Assembly (NCBI GenBank): GCA_965645245.1
Contig: OZ287078.1
Coordinates: 124,001 to 188,000, forward strand
Direction of reading: 5' to 3'
Length of the DNA stretch: 64,000 nucleotides
Source: Massalongia carnosa
Lineage: Eukaryota
Under the pieces are notes generated by a model, which did not search any database, was not told the DNA's origin, and was given only the letters and a program-made list of their open reading frames with translations. The position numbers and the translations under genes are program-made. Positions 1 to 13,397 of the stretch are shown here, piece by piece (position 1 is the first letter of the stretch; every line of letters starts with the position of its first letter).

Positions 1-155
1 CTTACAGGACGAATCATACAAATAGCTATAGGAACGATAGACTATCACAAATGCGCCACATGCAGAAGGGCTGGGTCAATGAGAAAAAAGCTAGTCGTCT
101 CTTTGATTGGGCCAAAGTTATATTGAAAAGATATCCTGAAAATTCTGACTGGCAT
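1..155 (+). pseudogene. Internal fragment of a Tc1/mariner-type transposase, cut by the LTR at 156
   Basis: Reads (with a frameshift) DYHKCATC..KGWVNEKKASRLFDWAKVILKRYPENSDWH, resembling the segment before the first catalytic Asp in fungal Tc1-like transposases; family call from recognition only. Confidence 0.55.
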
Positions 156-274
156 TGTTGGAATACTCGCTTAGCCCCATCAGTTCTAGCTCAGCCCTGC
201 AGGCTGCCATGACTGCTATAAGCAGTCACCTCCGTAGTAATTTCAACATTATGCCGTCAACTGTTTATTTAACA
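156..274 (+). repeat. 119-bp LTR
   Basis: TG...CA ends; near-identical copies at 924-987/7057-7091 and 46633-46751. Confidence 0.9.
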
Positions 275-1147
275 GGTTATGAGTCCCGGGTTTGTGCTTT
301 GCGCCCCTCCGACGGCATCCTTCATGCATAGACTACGTACTATCATGTCGTATCAAGAAGATGATGAGGTGAAAGTTCGTGGAAAGCGCGAAAACGAAGC
401 GGAAACGACATCGAAAGGGATGAGAAACGAAGCGGAAACGAAGCGGAAACGTCATCGAAAGTGGTGTACGTACGAAACGTGCTGAGGAGGACATCTACAA
501 CGGGCGGTGCCTCGAAGACTTCACATCTTGCATTACTGGTCAGATCAGCAAGGGGAGATAAAAGCCCTGCGATCAGGCCACCAACGTCAATGGTCTGTAG
601 GAAAATGTCTAACAGAGACATCGAGAAAAGCCCTGCTCAGGCCATCAATAAAACACGTCCATAGTACTCTTCCCATCCATCCATACACTCACAAAAGCTA
701 CGTTTCAAGAGATGGTTATGGGTTTAATGAGGCTACAAAGCAGGACAACAAAAGACATAAGAAAGAACTACGTGCTTAGGGAAAATGGAGTCAGAGGGAG
801 CTAGATTCGTTCCGCAAGGGGAGCGAATCGGACACAGCTGGATGAATCACTTCGCAAGGGGAGTGATAAAAGCTGGATAGTTTCAATTATGGAGGCGAAA
901 GGGGAGCCACGCTCGAAGGGGAGTGTTGGAATACTCGCTTAGCCCTGCAGGCTGCCATGACTGCTATAAGCAGTCACCTCCGTAGTACAAAAACTTTCGC
1001 ACTTTTTAGCTAGCACTAGAAATTGCATTCGTTACCCATACAAGCCCTCAATAGTCATTGTGATCACGTAGAATTGCTCCCCGACTCTGTAGCTATCTTG
1101 GCCGAAAGTTATATCGTCCCTTCTGTTGTGGCTGCATTGTGGCAAAC

Positions 1148-2834
1148 ATGGGGAGCTCTTTTGTCGTGCCCAACGACGCCCCCCCCGATTCACTAGACGA
1201 GCATCGTCACTTCCTCACCAATGTGCTTAATAACTTAAGTAACTGCGAGGCATATCAGAAGCAAAGACCTATGAAGGTTCAGTCTTACACCCCGTTACTC
1301 TCCAGTATGCTCAGCCTACTGGAGAAGATGCGCAACCAGCCCACAATGGATCAGCTCCAAGCTACTATCAACCAAATAAAGAACACTAGAGCAAACGCTC
1401 ACTAAAGTCACCTATGTCGAGCGCAAGCAAGACACCGCCCGCACAACACCCACTACCTCCTCCGCGGCCACTACTGGCTACAAGAGGACAATAACCTGGG
1501 CAGAACGGGCAGCCTTTGCTGCCTCGGCCTCAACGATCTCTACGCTTTCGGGGACGTCCATCCCCGCTCCTATACTAGAAGAGAAAGCTCGTGAAATCGT
1601 CGTCAAACTGAACAACGAAGCCATAGCAAAGGATCTGGCCAAACTGGCCTCCTCAGCGCTCAAAGACAGAATCAACGCGGCAATATCTAACGCGTTAAAG
1701 GATCATAACAACACGAGAATTCCGACCAATCAAAACGCTCCCGCCCCCCCTATTTCCAATGGCACAGCCAAGGCAGCAGCCGTAGCAATAGCAGCAAGGG
1801 TCCTCCCTAGCGGAGACCTACAGGTAATAGTCAACAACGCCTCAGACACGGAACGCCTAAGAAAAGACACCCGATGGGCCATCAGGCTATCGAGCAAAGC
1901 TACTATAATACAGCCAAGCTTCGGCTTAATCGCGCACTTTGTACCGGCTAATCTAAGCATGACAGACATCAAGGAACGCCTCTGGGAGGAAAATAAGTCA
2001 CATATGCCCGTTAGGAATAGGTTAACAGGAGTAGAATGGTTGTCCCGCACGAGTAAGGCAGGAGCCACAGCTAGATCCATGGTGGTATACTTTGAGAACG
2101 AATTAGACTGCAATGCCATTTTGGCCTCGCAGCTATATTTGGATGGGAGATCTTTCGCGGTGGAAAGACATGTTCCGGAGGCCAGGCTTAGGCAATGTTT
2201 CCGGTGCGGTAAGTATGGTCACACGAGCCATGCTTGCCGACAGAAGCATCAAACATGCTTCAAATGTTCCGAAAGTCACCACATGACCGATTGCAAATCG
2301 GTCACTCTCAAATGCAATGCGTGTGGCAAGGAGGGCCACGGGGCAAGCGCAGAGTCTTTCCCGGAGCGAAAGAAGGAAAAGGCCCGAATGAAGCGGGCCA
2401 AAGAAGAAGCTCTCCCCTTCTGGCCTCTCAGGGCCTCCTCAAGGGAGACACTAAATGGTCAGGAACAAGAACGGAGCAGTCCGCCGGCATCGACCACGCC
2501 GACGGTCACGACAAGCAGTGAGGTGACCCCAGCCTCAATGCAGGTGGAACAGGGCCCTCGAACGGGCTCTGTACGAGAGAAAGATTGGCAAACCGTGCCA
2601 ACTCTCCGCAAGGGGAAGAAGCGGGCGCATGGGGAGGTAGAGCCCCTGGCAGACAACCCAAGTTCTACCAACAGGAGCATGGCACAAGCAGCTTCTAAGA
2701 AGGGAAAGAAGAAACCCTCCTCGAAGGCTGTGGAAGTCTTGAGCGATAAGGAGAACGACGATAGTTCTTCAATGACCACCAGATCGGCAACCCGTCGCTT
2801 GCAGCCCAGTACTCAGACAGAAGAGGAACTATGA
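1148..2834 (+). pseudogene. LINE ORF1 (gag-like), disrupted
   Basis: Split ORFs 1139-1405 and 1959-2834; CFRCGKYGHTSHAC and CFKCSESHHMTDC knuckles, third knuckle degenerate. Confidence 0.85.
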
Positions 2835-5800
2835 GTGAATACACCCACTATCTGTCCATACTTCAGTACAACTGCAACAAATCCAAGAACACTGTCATGG
2901 CGGACTTCCTTCGCAGGGAGGAAACCATGAAATACGGCATCCTGGCCATCCAGGAACCCTGGGCGGGGAACCCCTATCAACACACCACGCACAATCCGGT
3001 CAAAAATGTTTTCCACCTTCTCTATCCCCCCGAAACAGGAGAACAAGAGCTCCCTCCGAGAGTATGCATGTTCGTCAACAAAGACATAGCAAGCGCCTCT
3101 TGGAAGGTAACCTTCCACTCTCCCGATCTGATGACTTTGCACTTGGAATTTCCTGGCGAAACCCAGCGAGTCATCAATATCCATAACATCTACAATCCCT
3201 CCCCCTCTCAGGGAAACTACAGCACCTTGCCAGACCTAAGCAAGGCGCTAAAGGTGGAGGGAGAACACATAGTGGTAGGGGACTTCAATTTTCACCATCC
3301 CCTATGGACTGGCGAAGACTACCATCATCAACATCCGGAGGCAGACCAACTACTGGAGATTCTCGATCATAGCGAGCTAGAACTTCTGCTCCCCCCTGGC
3401 ACCATAACATACGATCATAGATCAGCACAGAGCACGATAGACTTAACGTTCGCAACCCCCGCAGTGGCTTCAGCCGTACTCATGTGCGATGTGAGAAGAG
3501 AGTTGGATTGTGACTCAGATCACTACCCCATTGGCACAGTATTCGATATCACCACAGTTAAGAGGGCCATAAGGTCCTCTCGCATGTGGTCTAAGACTGA
3601 TAGGAAAAAGCTACTAGACACGATGACAGACAAGCTCCCGGCACCTAGGAGCGTGAGCACAGTTCAAGAACTCGACAACTTGGCCCATGAGTTAGTTGAA
3701 GCTATCCAGCACGCAGTGGAGACAGCAGTCCCACTTTCTAGAGGGTGCAATCATTCAAAACCTGGCTTTACCCCGGAATGCAAAGAGGCAGTCACCCTAT
3801 GCAGACGTCTCAGGCGCAAGCATAAGGAAACGCGCTCTCTGGAAGACTGGGAAGCCTACCGAGAGGCGAGAAACAGCAAAAACAAAATCGTACAAAAAGC
3901 TCTTAAGACAACACATAGGGACAGGGTAGAGGAGGCCACCAGCACTCCAGATGGTCTCTGGAAGCTTGCGAAATGGGATAAGTACAGGTCGACCCCATTC
4001 CAAGCCTTCACCCCAACCCTAATGAAAAGCGATGGCTCCAAAGTGACGGAGGCTTCGGGCAAGGCTGAACTGCTTCGCAGACAGTTTTTCCTATCCCGGA
4101 CGCGACCAATCTTGAAGACATCGCCGATTATCACTATCCAGAGCCAATCCAATTTGCTCCCATCTCAGCTCGGAAATAACTAAAGCCATCACAAAGGCAG
4201 CACCACTCTCGGCCCCAGGCCCCGACGGACTGCCTAATAGAATCCTCAGAGATGTGTTACCGCTCATCATGCCCGCACTTGTAGCTCTGTATAACGCCAG
4301 CTGGGAACTGGGTCATCACCCCAATGCTTTCAGAGAATCCACCACGGTGGTTCTCAGAAAACCAGCTAAGGCCGACTACAGTTTGCCGAATTCATACAGA
4401 CCCATAGCCTTGCTCAACACTTTAGGTAAGACTATGGAGAAGATCATTGCAACCAGAATCAATCACGCGGTGGAGACCGAGAGCCTACTCCCCAGACTCC
4501 ATATAGGCGGCAGGCGAGCTAGATCACCCGAACACGCCCTCCATCTGCTCCTAGAGGCCATCCACGCAGCCTGGCTTAACAACGAAGTGGCCACAGTGCT
4601 CATGCTGGACATCTCGGGTGCTTACGATAACGTATCCCACGAAAGACTACTGCACAACCTACGGAAGAGAAGAATAGGCGGCAACATAGCTAAATGGATC
4701 GAAAGCTTCCTTCAGGAAAGGAAAACGACCATCGCCATGCCCGAATACACCTCGCAACCATTCACCACGAACTTTGGAGTCCCTCAGGGATCCCCTATAT
4801 CTCCTATTCTTTATCTCTTCTACAACGCCGACCTTATGGAAGAGGAAGGGCCCAAAAAGATGAACTTGGGCTATGTCGATGACATATCCAAACTAATTAT
4901 TGGAACTTCAGCAGAACAGAACTGTAGAAATCTCGAAGCCTCGTTCATGACGAGGGAGCAGAAATGGGCGGACACACACGCCTCCAAGTTTGCCCCCGCC
5001 AAATTCCAGCTCTTGCACTTTATCAAAGGACCCTCAGAGACGGCTTTGAACCCCCCGGAGAGAGCTATCTCCCTAGCGGGCAAAACCATCAAGCCACAGC
5101 ATACCGCCACCTACCTGGGCGCCACATTTGACGACAAGCTCAAATGGTACGCCCATTTAAGGAAAATGGAAGCCAAAACCTCAAAGAGACTGAGGGCCCT
5201 AGGCAGCCTTGCGGGCTCCACATGGGGCACCAGTCTTGCGAGCCTTCGAAGGATCTATCAAGCCACCATACTACCGCAACTCACCTTTGGATGCTCTGCA
5301 TGGTATGTTCCCGAGGGCGGATACGGGACTATCACGCAAGCAACCGCCGTGCTCAAAGCCGTCAGATCTATTCAGCGACGGGCGGCACTGATCATTTCAG
5401 GGGCATTTAGAACAACCTCGGGCCCGGCCTTGGATATGGAGCTTCACCTCCTGCCTGGCCGGCAACGCATGGAGCAGGCAGTGAACGAGTCACTACTGCG
5501 CATACGTTCAAGCCCCCTTTACGCCATAATACGTGAGATCCGCGCCTGGACAAGCCAAGCGGACTCCCACTATCGATACTGGAGCCCTCTAGCTAAGCTA
5601 GAGTCCCGCTTAATGACTTCGGGGAAATGCCCTCAACCCTGGCGGTTAGAGGTCATTCTTCCATTCATAGTGGAACCATGGTGGTCTCCCCCCGAAACGC
5701 ACATTGCTTCCAGTAAAGAGGAAGCAATCAAAGAGCATGACAAGATGACATCAGAGCCGAACCAAATAGTCATATACACGGATGGGAGTGATAACCCCTT

Positions 5801-6683
5801 CGGAGTTGGTGCGGCAGCGGTCATCCCCAGCGACAACACACGGGTAGGAACCCGCCTTGGAACGAACAAAGAAGCCACAGTTTACCTCGCGGAACTAGTG
5901 GGCATCGACCTGGGACTGGCGGCGGCTATTGCACGATGGCAAGGGGAGATAATAACGGTTTTTGCAGATAATCAATCAGCCATCAAATCAGTAGCCGACC
6001 CCGGAACTCAATCAGGTCAGTTCATTCTACGCGAGATCATTGGAAAACTCCACGCATGCCGGGAGATGCAGGCCAGAGTCAGACTCTGCTGGATACCTGG
6101 GCATATGGGAGTAGAAGGCAACGAGATAGCAGACCAAGCAGCAAAAGAAGCATCAGGCTGGTTAGAACCTGGCCAGAGTCCCTCCATCACCCACTTCGAC
6201 TTCCTCGGACACACAGTGAAGTCGGCGATAAAACGCAACATGAGGACAATGATCAGCAAAGAATGGGCTGGGGATTGGGAGGCAGAAAAACGCGGACAGA
6301 TGACGAAAAAGCTCCTCCCCCAGCCCACTAACAAGGTCTTGCAGCTCTACCAGGGGCTTCACAAGTCAATGAGTTCCACCCTGGTGCAGATGAGAACAGG
6401 TAAGATTGGTCTACGCAAGTATCTCTCAGATATAGGCCGCACCGAAACGGGCGAATGCCCATGCGGCTTCGGTTATCAAACAGTTCACCATGTGCTTCTG
6501 GAGTGCGTCAGGCACCATCGATTGCGCATGGAGACTATCTGGATAGGCCGGAAGGTGTTCGATCTCCAAGAAATTTTTAGCACCCCCAGACTGGCCAAGG
6601 CAGCATCCAAATTCATGCTATCCTCACGTCTCCTCGGCCAATTTGGAGACGTGAGGATAGCAACCGAACAATCCACGAGTTAA
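2831..6683 (+). pseudogene. LINE ORF2: AP endonuclease, reverse transcriptase, RNase H, C-terminal CCHC; one frameshift near 4090
   Basis: QYNCN, IQEP, GDFN, SDH (APE); YRPIALL, GVPQGS, YVDD (RT); YTDGS, WIPGH (RNase H); CPCG..HVLLEC. Confidence 0.95.
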
Positions 6684-7091
6684 CGGCAGGCCGGCTCTTG
6701 TTTTATCCCGCTCACAGAATAGTCTCTACCATGGTAGGGCATGCATGTATCAACACCAAGCACAGGGGCCCAGGAGGGTGGCGTTGGAGTTCTATTTATC
6801 GATTTGTCTCAAGCGGTTTGTCTCTCTGTTCGTGTCTTCTTTTCCCTCTTCCTTGCATTCACAACCCCTCGTACAGCTAAAAGAGTTTTTGTATTTTTTG
6901 TACTTTCAGCGCTTAGTGCAGCAATTCTGCCCTCAGCAGACTTAGATACCCATCCCCTGGGACACCCCCCGATGTAGTTTAGCACTCCCGCATAAGGGCC
7001 TTCGGCCCTTGGATCGGTGTATGAATCAATCAATCAATCAATCAACCTCCGTAGTAATTTCAACATTATGCCGTCAACTGTTTATTTAACA

Positions 7092-7847
7092 CTACTCGAT
7101 CTCTTGATGGATCAAGAGTTGTAGCAGGAGGCACGGCTAGCTGGACGCAGCTTGAGCTCGGCCTCCCCAGTGTAAACTTCAGCTTCCACCTTTATTGTTA
7201 CGCTGGTAGTGATGTCGGCTGAATGAACCTACATGACCTTGTGGTCTAGACCTTGTGTCTAGAGGCAGGTCCGCAGTGTAGACAGAGATTCAGTCGGAGG
7301 TAACCTTCCACCGCTACGTTAGTAGTGGTGACGGCGAAATGAAGCTACATAGCCTCGGCGTCTAGACTTTATGTTTAGAGGCGGGCTAGCAATGTGGCGA
7401 GGGATCTAGCCGGAGGTAGAAGTGTTCTACCTTGCAAGGGAAGATCTAGAAGGCTGCTCGAGGCTGACTAGATGATCCAGCGAACGTCGAGTTCGTAGAT
7501 GGATCCTGAGGGATGATTGGATGTAAGGCGATAAGGTCAGATGTGGGTTGCAAGGCTCCTAAGGTTCCAAGGCTCCCAAGGCTATAGGCTTAGGGTGAGT
7601 AGGATAAATACCAGAACGAATCCTGTATTATTCGTTAGCAATTAGTCTTTATTCTATGAACAACCTACGTTTGGGTCTCGGACGAGATCTCCTAGTCTAA
7701 GCACTTTCACATCCATTAGTTCTTTGGATCACGTATACTCTCGGAGACCAGCACGTAGTAGCTATCTTCCACCTCTCACGCTGAGCATTTCCCATTTCGA
7801 AATCAGTGTCGCTCGTGATTAGCTTACTGGTCTCGTACCCCATTACA
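7092..7847 (-). mobile_element. Probable truncated LTR/leader of another LTR retrotransposon
   Basis: Minus strand starts TGTAATGGG at 7847, has AATAAA, no ORF, and a diverged duplication (about 7200-7300 vs 7317-7418); no second LTR seen. Confidence 0.35.
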
Positions 7848-8718
7848 AGTAAAATGGCTGTTTTCTAGCAAAGATTTACACAGGGGAGGAGGGGAAAGAG
7901 AGGGGGGAACTGTCCCTAAGCATCTCGTTCTTCCTTCATCTCTCCATCTCGGAGTGATGCCTATCGCGAAGGCGCGTTTGTCATGAAATGACGTAAAGTA
8001 GACGCCGCTGTGTAGCGAATTGCTCCTCTACCGGAAGAGCAAGATGACTCACAAAATCGAGCACAACAGACGGTTTCATATCCGTTCACTAATACCGCAT
8101 CTTCGGCTGGATCTACCGTCATGTTCGATGACCTTGCATCATGTTCAATAAATATTTTCATTCCGAGCCTATTGCTCAGTTGTCCGGCTACGCTTTCGCA
8201 TGTGTCGAGAGTCTCCATGAGCGCACCTGCCGAATGCGGTTCGTTGGAAATCAAGAAAGACTCGACTTGTTTCTTTGTAGCTTTAACTGTCCTCTATATC
8301 ATACGAGAATATAACCTCGAGTGATTAAACAACGTCATTGCGTACGGTAAGAATGATGACTGATGAAGCGGGTGAGGCTTCCTTCGGCGCCCGAGGGAAG
8401 CATCACGTGCTTTCCTTACTCGTATTAACCCAAATGGTTCTTGATTTATCATCAAAAAAATTAAGCGAATGTGAAATTCGCTTAAAAGAGACCTCTCCTG
8501 CAAGCGAGATTAAACGAAGGAATTTTAAATGAGCGAATCTTATTTAAAAGTAAGCGAATTCTGAGATGATATGTAATGTGATTTGTAATCCTGTTCAAGA
8601 TATGTAGAATTTTACGCTGAATTCAAATCTGAAAGAATTTTCAGATTCGAATAAGAATTGACAGTAATTGACGGTTTCATTAAAATTTACTTGGTAAAAT
8701 ATCATCTTCAAATGTTAA

Positions 8719-11654
8719 GTAATTCGCCGGCTCCATCGTGTCTCAGAACATCAGTTTGAGCAACTCCCCCTCGCTGCTGCCATGCTGGTGCTCTGTTTTG
8801 CGGAGGGCCCCGCCTATATTGGCTTTATTATGGCAGCTGTGAGGGAAAATCTCCCAAACCCCAAGCAGGGAATGGCCCACTATGGTGGTGCTGTTCGAAA
8901 CATGACGGGGGGGGGTCGTTGAAAACTAAGGGAAGTCGTTATTAGATGGACCGGGTGTGTTTAGATGTATAGCTGATACGAGTCTGATTTCCATCGGCCC
9001 AAGGTTTGAATGTCTTCTTCCAGCAAGCCCGAGTCCTTGGCCGTTGTTGCTGCCCCACGTCGAAACGAATGATCCGAGTAATTACCTCGAACTCCAATCG
9101 CCCGGAGACCGTTTTGTAGGGCCTGCAACAAATAATTACGGGTGAAGGCCTTGTTTTGAACCTGGAACAGCGGGGACGATGCTGATTTCGGGAACCTGGT
9201 AAACAAGTTCCGGGTTGAGGCGACCGAGCATGCTTCGTCGTTTATTGCTGCGATGTAAATTTTTCTACCTCTTCGAAAAGGGTCAGTTTTCGATGATGGT
9301 AAGGAGAGAATCATTCGATCTTCTTGTAGGTCCACGGATTTCCAGTTAAATGCCATGAATCGAAGCTGGGGTCTGTCATGTCTCCTTGTTTGTAAGTAAA
9401 TTCTCCCGCTCTTAAGAAGGCGGCGAATGAGATGCTATATGCCGCATGGAGTGTTGCTTGGACCTCGTTAGTAGTGTCTAATTTTCGTCGCAATTTTATC
9501 AAAACGTCGCGTGTGATTGGTAGTCTTTCTCGTTTTTCGGGTTCACCGTGCATCCGTTTTATTCCTGCTATTATCCTGTCTAGGACTGGATGATGGAAAA
9601 CCTCCAGGTCCCCTAGGCCTATGTCCAATTAACTTAATCGCACCAAAGCTAGATAGTTTTTGATAGTTTTGGGACGGAGTCCCTGTTGGCCTAGAGCGGC
9701 TATCCACGCCGAAAGACTTCGAATTGTTGCTAGAAAGGGGGAAAAACTCGTCGCCAGCTGACAGTGGGTCGTGTAGCTTTTTCGGGCTGCATCGTATAGT
9801 CCTCAAGTCCTAAGTGCTATGCCTCACCATAGATACCTGGCTGCCCGACGATCCAGCGGGACCTCATTGTACCATGTTTCCGGAGGGTCGCGGGCGTGTG
9901 TCGCCGTTATTTGTCCAATGAAATGCCCTGCAGTTTGGGGTAATTGTCAGCGATTTTCCCAAATAGTCCTCAGGACAACCAATCTGCTAAAGTTTTCTTT
10001 GGTCGACAGCCAGTGTGGCTCGATTTCAATGTCATTTACAGCCACCATCATTGCGATATTCCGAAGAGGGTGCATGGCCCCTCCCCGAATGGAGGTCTTT
10101 TTGACCCCGGACATTACAGCGAAGCTGTCGCAATTAAGAAGAAGATGGGTTCTCTTGCACAGGGGGAGCCAACGCCGTATGGCGTGCAGGATTGCTGTCA
10201 TCTCCTTCTCATTGATATGTTTGGCTCTGAGCCTAGTGGTGTATCGTTCAGACATTACTTGCTCAGCGGGCAGTGTGTGTGTGGTCTGTCCACCTAAGAG
10301 TATGTATGCCCCGATTCCGAAGTCCCCGCTGGCATCCGTCCAGAGACGGAGCAGGGGTCTAGAAGGGCTAATAATGTGTATGCCGCTCCATAATGGAAGG
10401 AAATGATGCCACCATAAAAGATCAGCTTTTATGTGAGAATTGTTATGCATAAATGGGCGCGCTGGCCCGATTTTGCAGTTGAAAAGGCGTCGGAGAAAAG
10501 TTCTTTCCGGCACCACCACTTTGGCTGCAAAGCCCAGATATCCCAGCAAGAGTCTCTAGCTTGTTTCTGGTTATCGTGGATTTAATGTTGTTTAGACGAG
10601 ATCCTTAGCTTTCTGAAGGTTTTCGGCCGGTAGTCGTGCCTGCATGAGGTGTGTGTCCAGCTCGATGCCCAGGAATTCGACTACCGTGCCTTGTTTATTT
10701 TTCTTATCGTTGATTTTTAGGCCAAGGTCTGAACAATTAATCATCATCCAGTTCATCATCCAGTTCATCATCCAGTTCATCATCCAGTTTAGACCTTTCG
10801 CGAATATGTCAAACAAGAAGGGAGACGTCCTGAGGCCGAATGGAAGAAAGCGTTCCATCCAGCAAACCCCGTTTCAACAAAAACCCAGCAACCCCCGTAC
10901 ACGATTATATCGTGAATGGTCTGTTTGTAATTTTTTTCCGGATGACCCATAAGGTGAAATCCCAGCCTTCTTTTCTTAGAGGCTCTGAGGGTACGATTGC
11001 TGATTTATCTATCAGCGGATAGGGGAAACCTTCGGCGATATGATCAAATGGGCCGGCTAGTCAATCTGGTCCACCCGTTGACATGAAATTTGGGTTGCTG
11101 ATATGTGCCTTGAGGCAGTTGTTTTTCGTGTGATGGCCGAAACAGAGATTGCAGATGTGAGGATACCTGCAGTCCTTGTATTCCCGCCCTGCGTTGTATC
11201 GATTGCAGGACATGGGCTTTGATTCAGTGGAGCCGCCTACCGGGAGTGATCCCGGGTGCTGTTTGGTGATACCTCCCGTCATGAACAAGTTAGGTGTCCG
11301 ACGAGCAAGATACATGTTTTCGATGATGGTGTCGATTCTCCTCCATCCGGCCGCGTCGTTCACTCCCTGGTACACTCGACCCCTGTGGAAGATTATATGA
11401 AACACTCGTACTGACTCTCAGGTGTAGGTGGTGTAATGTAACAACAAGCGGTCCTGATAGATTTGAAAGGCCCTGCAAAGACTGTCTTTTATTCCGGATG
11501 ATGCAAAATGAAGCAAGACCTGTCAATAAACCCCGAGGCAGCGAATCAGGTGGGGTAGTCCCTTGATGTCTCCGTCGGGGACTGTGTTTCCCTCCCTTAT
11601 GCACTGAATAGCCACCAAGTTGGCGGCAATTTGTTTTTTGAAGGTGACGGGTCA
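8719..11654 (-). mobile_element. Degenerate, 5'-truncated tyrosine-recombinase (Ngaro/DIRS-type) retrotransposon, same family as 34727-38977
   Basis: Colinear nucleotide similarity with 34727-38400; YR pieces 8961-9628 (HSFRRG, LGRW), RT/RNase H pieces 9947-10858; same terminus GTAATTCG; internal deletions including the YxDD region. Confidence 0.9.
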
Positions 11655-11706
11655 CGACAAGAGTTTTACATCTCATCGCGACAAAAATATTACCCTCGAG
11701 AGTGAA

Positions 11707-12614
11707 ATGAATTCCTCATCTCGATCTCAATCGTCGTCAATTTTAACAGACTCATCGGAAGAGACTAAGGAAGAGCAGAAGAACTATGCTCGTTGGGCTA
11801 TTGGATGGTTAGACATGGACGAGGCACAGTTACAACAATTTCAAATGTTTGATATGAATCAGACGTTTGCTGGAACATTACAGGGACATAGAAATTACAA
11901 ACGTCGCTTTCCAGAGGCGGCCGAAGAAGATGCTCGCAAAAAAAGAATTCTTTATGCTAAACAGGTACGTACTCACCTTAAGATTAATTCATGGCTAATC
12001 ACTGAGAGCAGGGTCGAAGATATCTGACAGAGCGACAGTATCAAATTATCGTTCCTCATTTCGAGCATATAGCTCCAGCTCCATCGTCGCATACTTCAGT
12101 TCTTAGAAAGTTGTTCACCCGCCCATTATGGACGTATCCTCAAAGACGATGTCCTCTTCCTCTACGCATTCCATTAGGAGAGCCAACACCACTTTCGGAA
12201 GGGGAGAGAACACCAGTGGGCTATGATTCTGATGACTTTCCGTACGAGAAAGAAGATGCAGTATCGGAAGAGAGAGAGGAAGTCAAGAATACATTAGCAG
12301 AAGAGCGACAAGAAGTCGAGAATACATCAGCGGATGATGAGCGACAGGAAGCTGATAATATACTAGCGGAGGAGCAAATTTGGAGCATGCTAGAGAAAGG
12401 TAAAGAACGTGACCGGGCACTGATCTCACCTGGTAAATCTAGATCTGGACGGATATTGAAACCTACTGTGAGAGCGCAAGAAGCTTTACACACAAAGCAT
12501 GCCAACTTAGCGAAGGCAGCTTTAGAAAGCTCTAGCGAAGTATCATTGACTGACTTAATAAACAAGTCACCTCCTCGAAAACGACAAAGGCGAGGGACAA
12601 AGCCGAGTCAATAG
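11707..12614 (+). pseudogene. Uncharacterised low-complexity acidic/basic ORF remnants, probably transposon-associated
   Basis: ORFs 11620-12027 and 12111-12614 with a plausible intron (GTACGT...GCTAAT...CAG, about 11965-12011); no recognisable domain. Confidence 0.3.
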
Positions 12615-13036
12615 ATGGGTCTAGAGATTATCCTTATAGAGAGAAAGGATAAGCAATCGTGTTTTCTGTCATGAAGTGACAGAGCATCTGCCGGTGTTTC
12701 ATGTGCCACTTCTTCGGAGGCGATTTTTTTTGTGAAGGATTGACATATAGAAACATGATAGTCTGGGGATGGAAAATTAGATCATGATATTGTATTGTGA
12801 TGTTTCTGTATATTTTTGTATAGGTATCTAGTCGCTTTTCCTCGTGCTTGTCATTTAATCGTGCGGTCGCAATATTCCAAATGAACCCCAAATGACCCTT
12901 CAATTTTACAGTTTGGGGGTCATCGTGACAGCGCCAGAAGCAAAATTACGTGTATATTACGGTAATTGACCCCAAATAACCCCCAGGCAAGATGGGGATT
13001 ATTTGGGGGTCATCTTAGTAATTTGCCGTTATTTTA

Positions 13037-13397
13037 ACTGCCCTTCATCTCCTGATTTATCGCCCATTGAGAATTGCTGGCAGCCGGTCAAGCAGGAGCT
13101 CTACAAATATCCCCATTGGGACGATGAGACCACAAAAGGGCTGATTTATGAGGGTTGGAGCCACGTTTCTCAGGGTTTTATCAATGAGAAATTACCTAGT
13201 ATGCCCGATCGACTAGAGACGGTGATTCGAGGTGAAGGAAAGATGACTGGTTATTGATTATTGATCTGATTGCATGGTAACTGTACGTAGCAAAGTGAAA
13301 ATAAGGGGTAGATTTTGGTGGGGTGAAAATTTTGGTGTCTCGGTTTTTTGTCAGCCGCGTGGCACTGAGGGGTGCTCTCTGCGTTCCGAAAGTGGTG
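13037..13397 (+). mobile_element. 3' end of a Tc1/mariner transposon (DDE C-terminus plus tail)
   Basis: [11 protein letters not shown]...[19 protein letters not shown] (stop at 13257), a DD34E-type C-terminus; abuts the truncated NLR. Confidence 0.8.

Larger units (their letters stand above)
988..7044 (+). mobile_element. Full-length Tad1-clade LINE
   Basis: 12-bp TSD ACCTCCGTAGTA at 976-987 and 7045-7056; (AATC)n tail 7024-7044; ORF1 with zinc knuckles, ORF2 with APE-RT-RNase H. Confidence 0.95.
156..7091 (+). mobile_element. Non-autonomous miniature LTR retroelement (TRIM-like, about 0.87 kb without the LINE); 3' LTR split by a LINE
   Basis: 5' LTR 156-274 (TGTTG...AACA) followed by PBS-like GGTTATGAGTCCC; purine tract GAAGGGGAG then 3' LTR 924-987 + 7057-7091; about 650 bp interior without recognisable gag/pol. 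Confidence 0.8.

Noticed and set aside
12187..13397. Inverted match CACCACTTTCGGAA at 12187 and 13384-13397 as a TIR pair
   Set aside because: Only 14 bp perfect, lies inside an ORF, no TSD; may be chance
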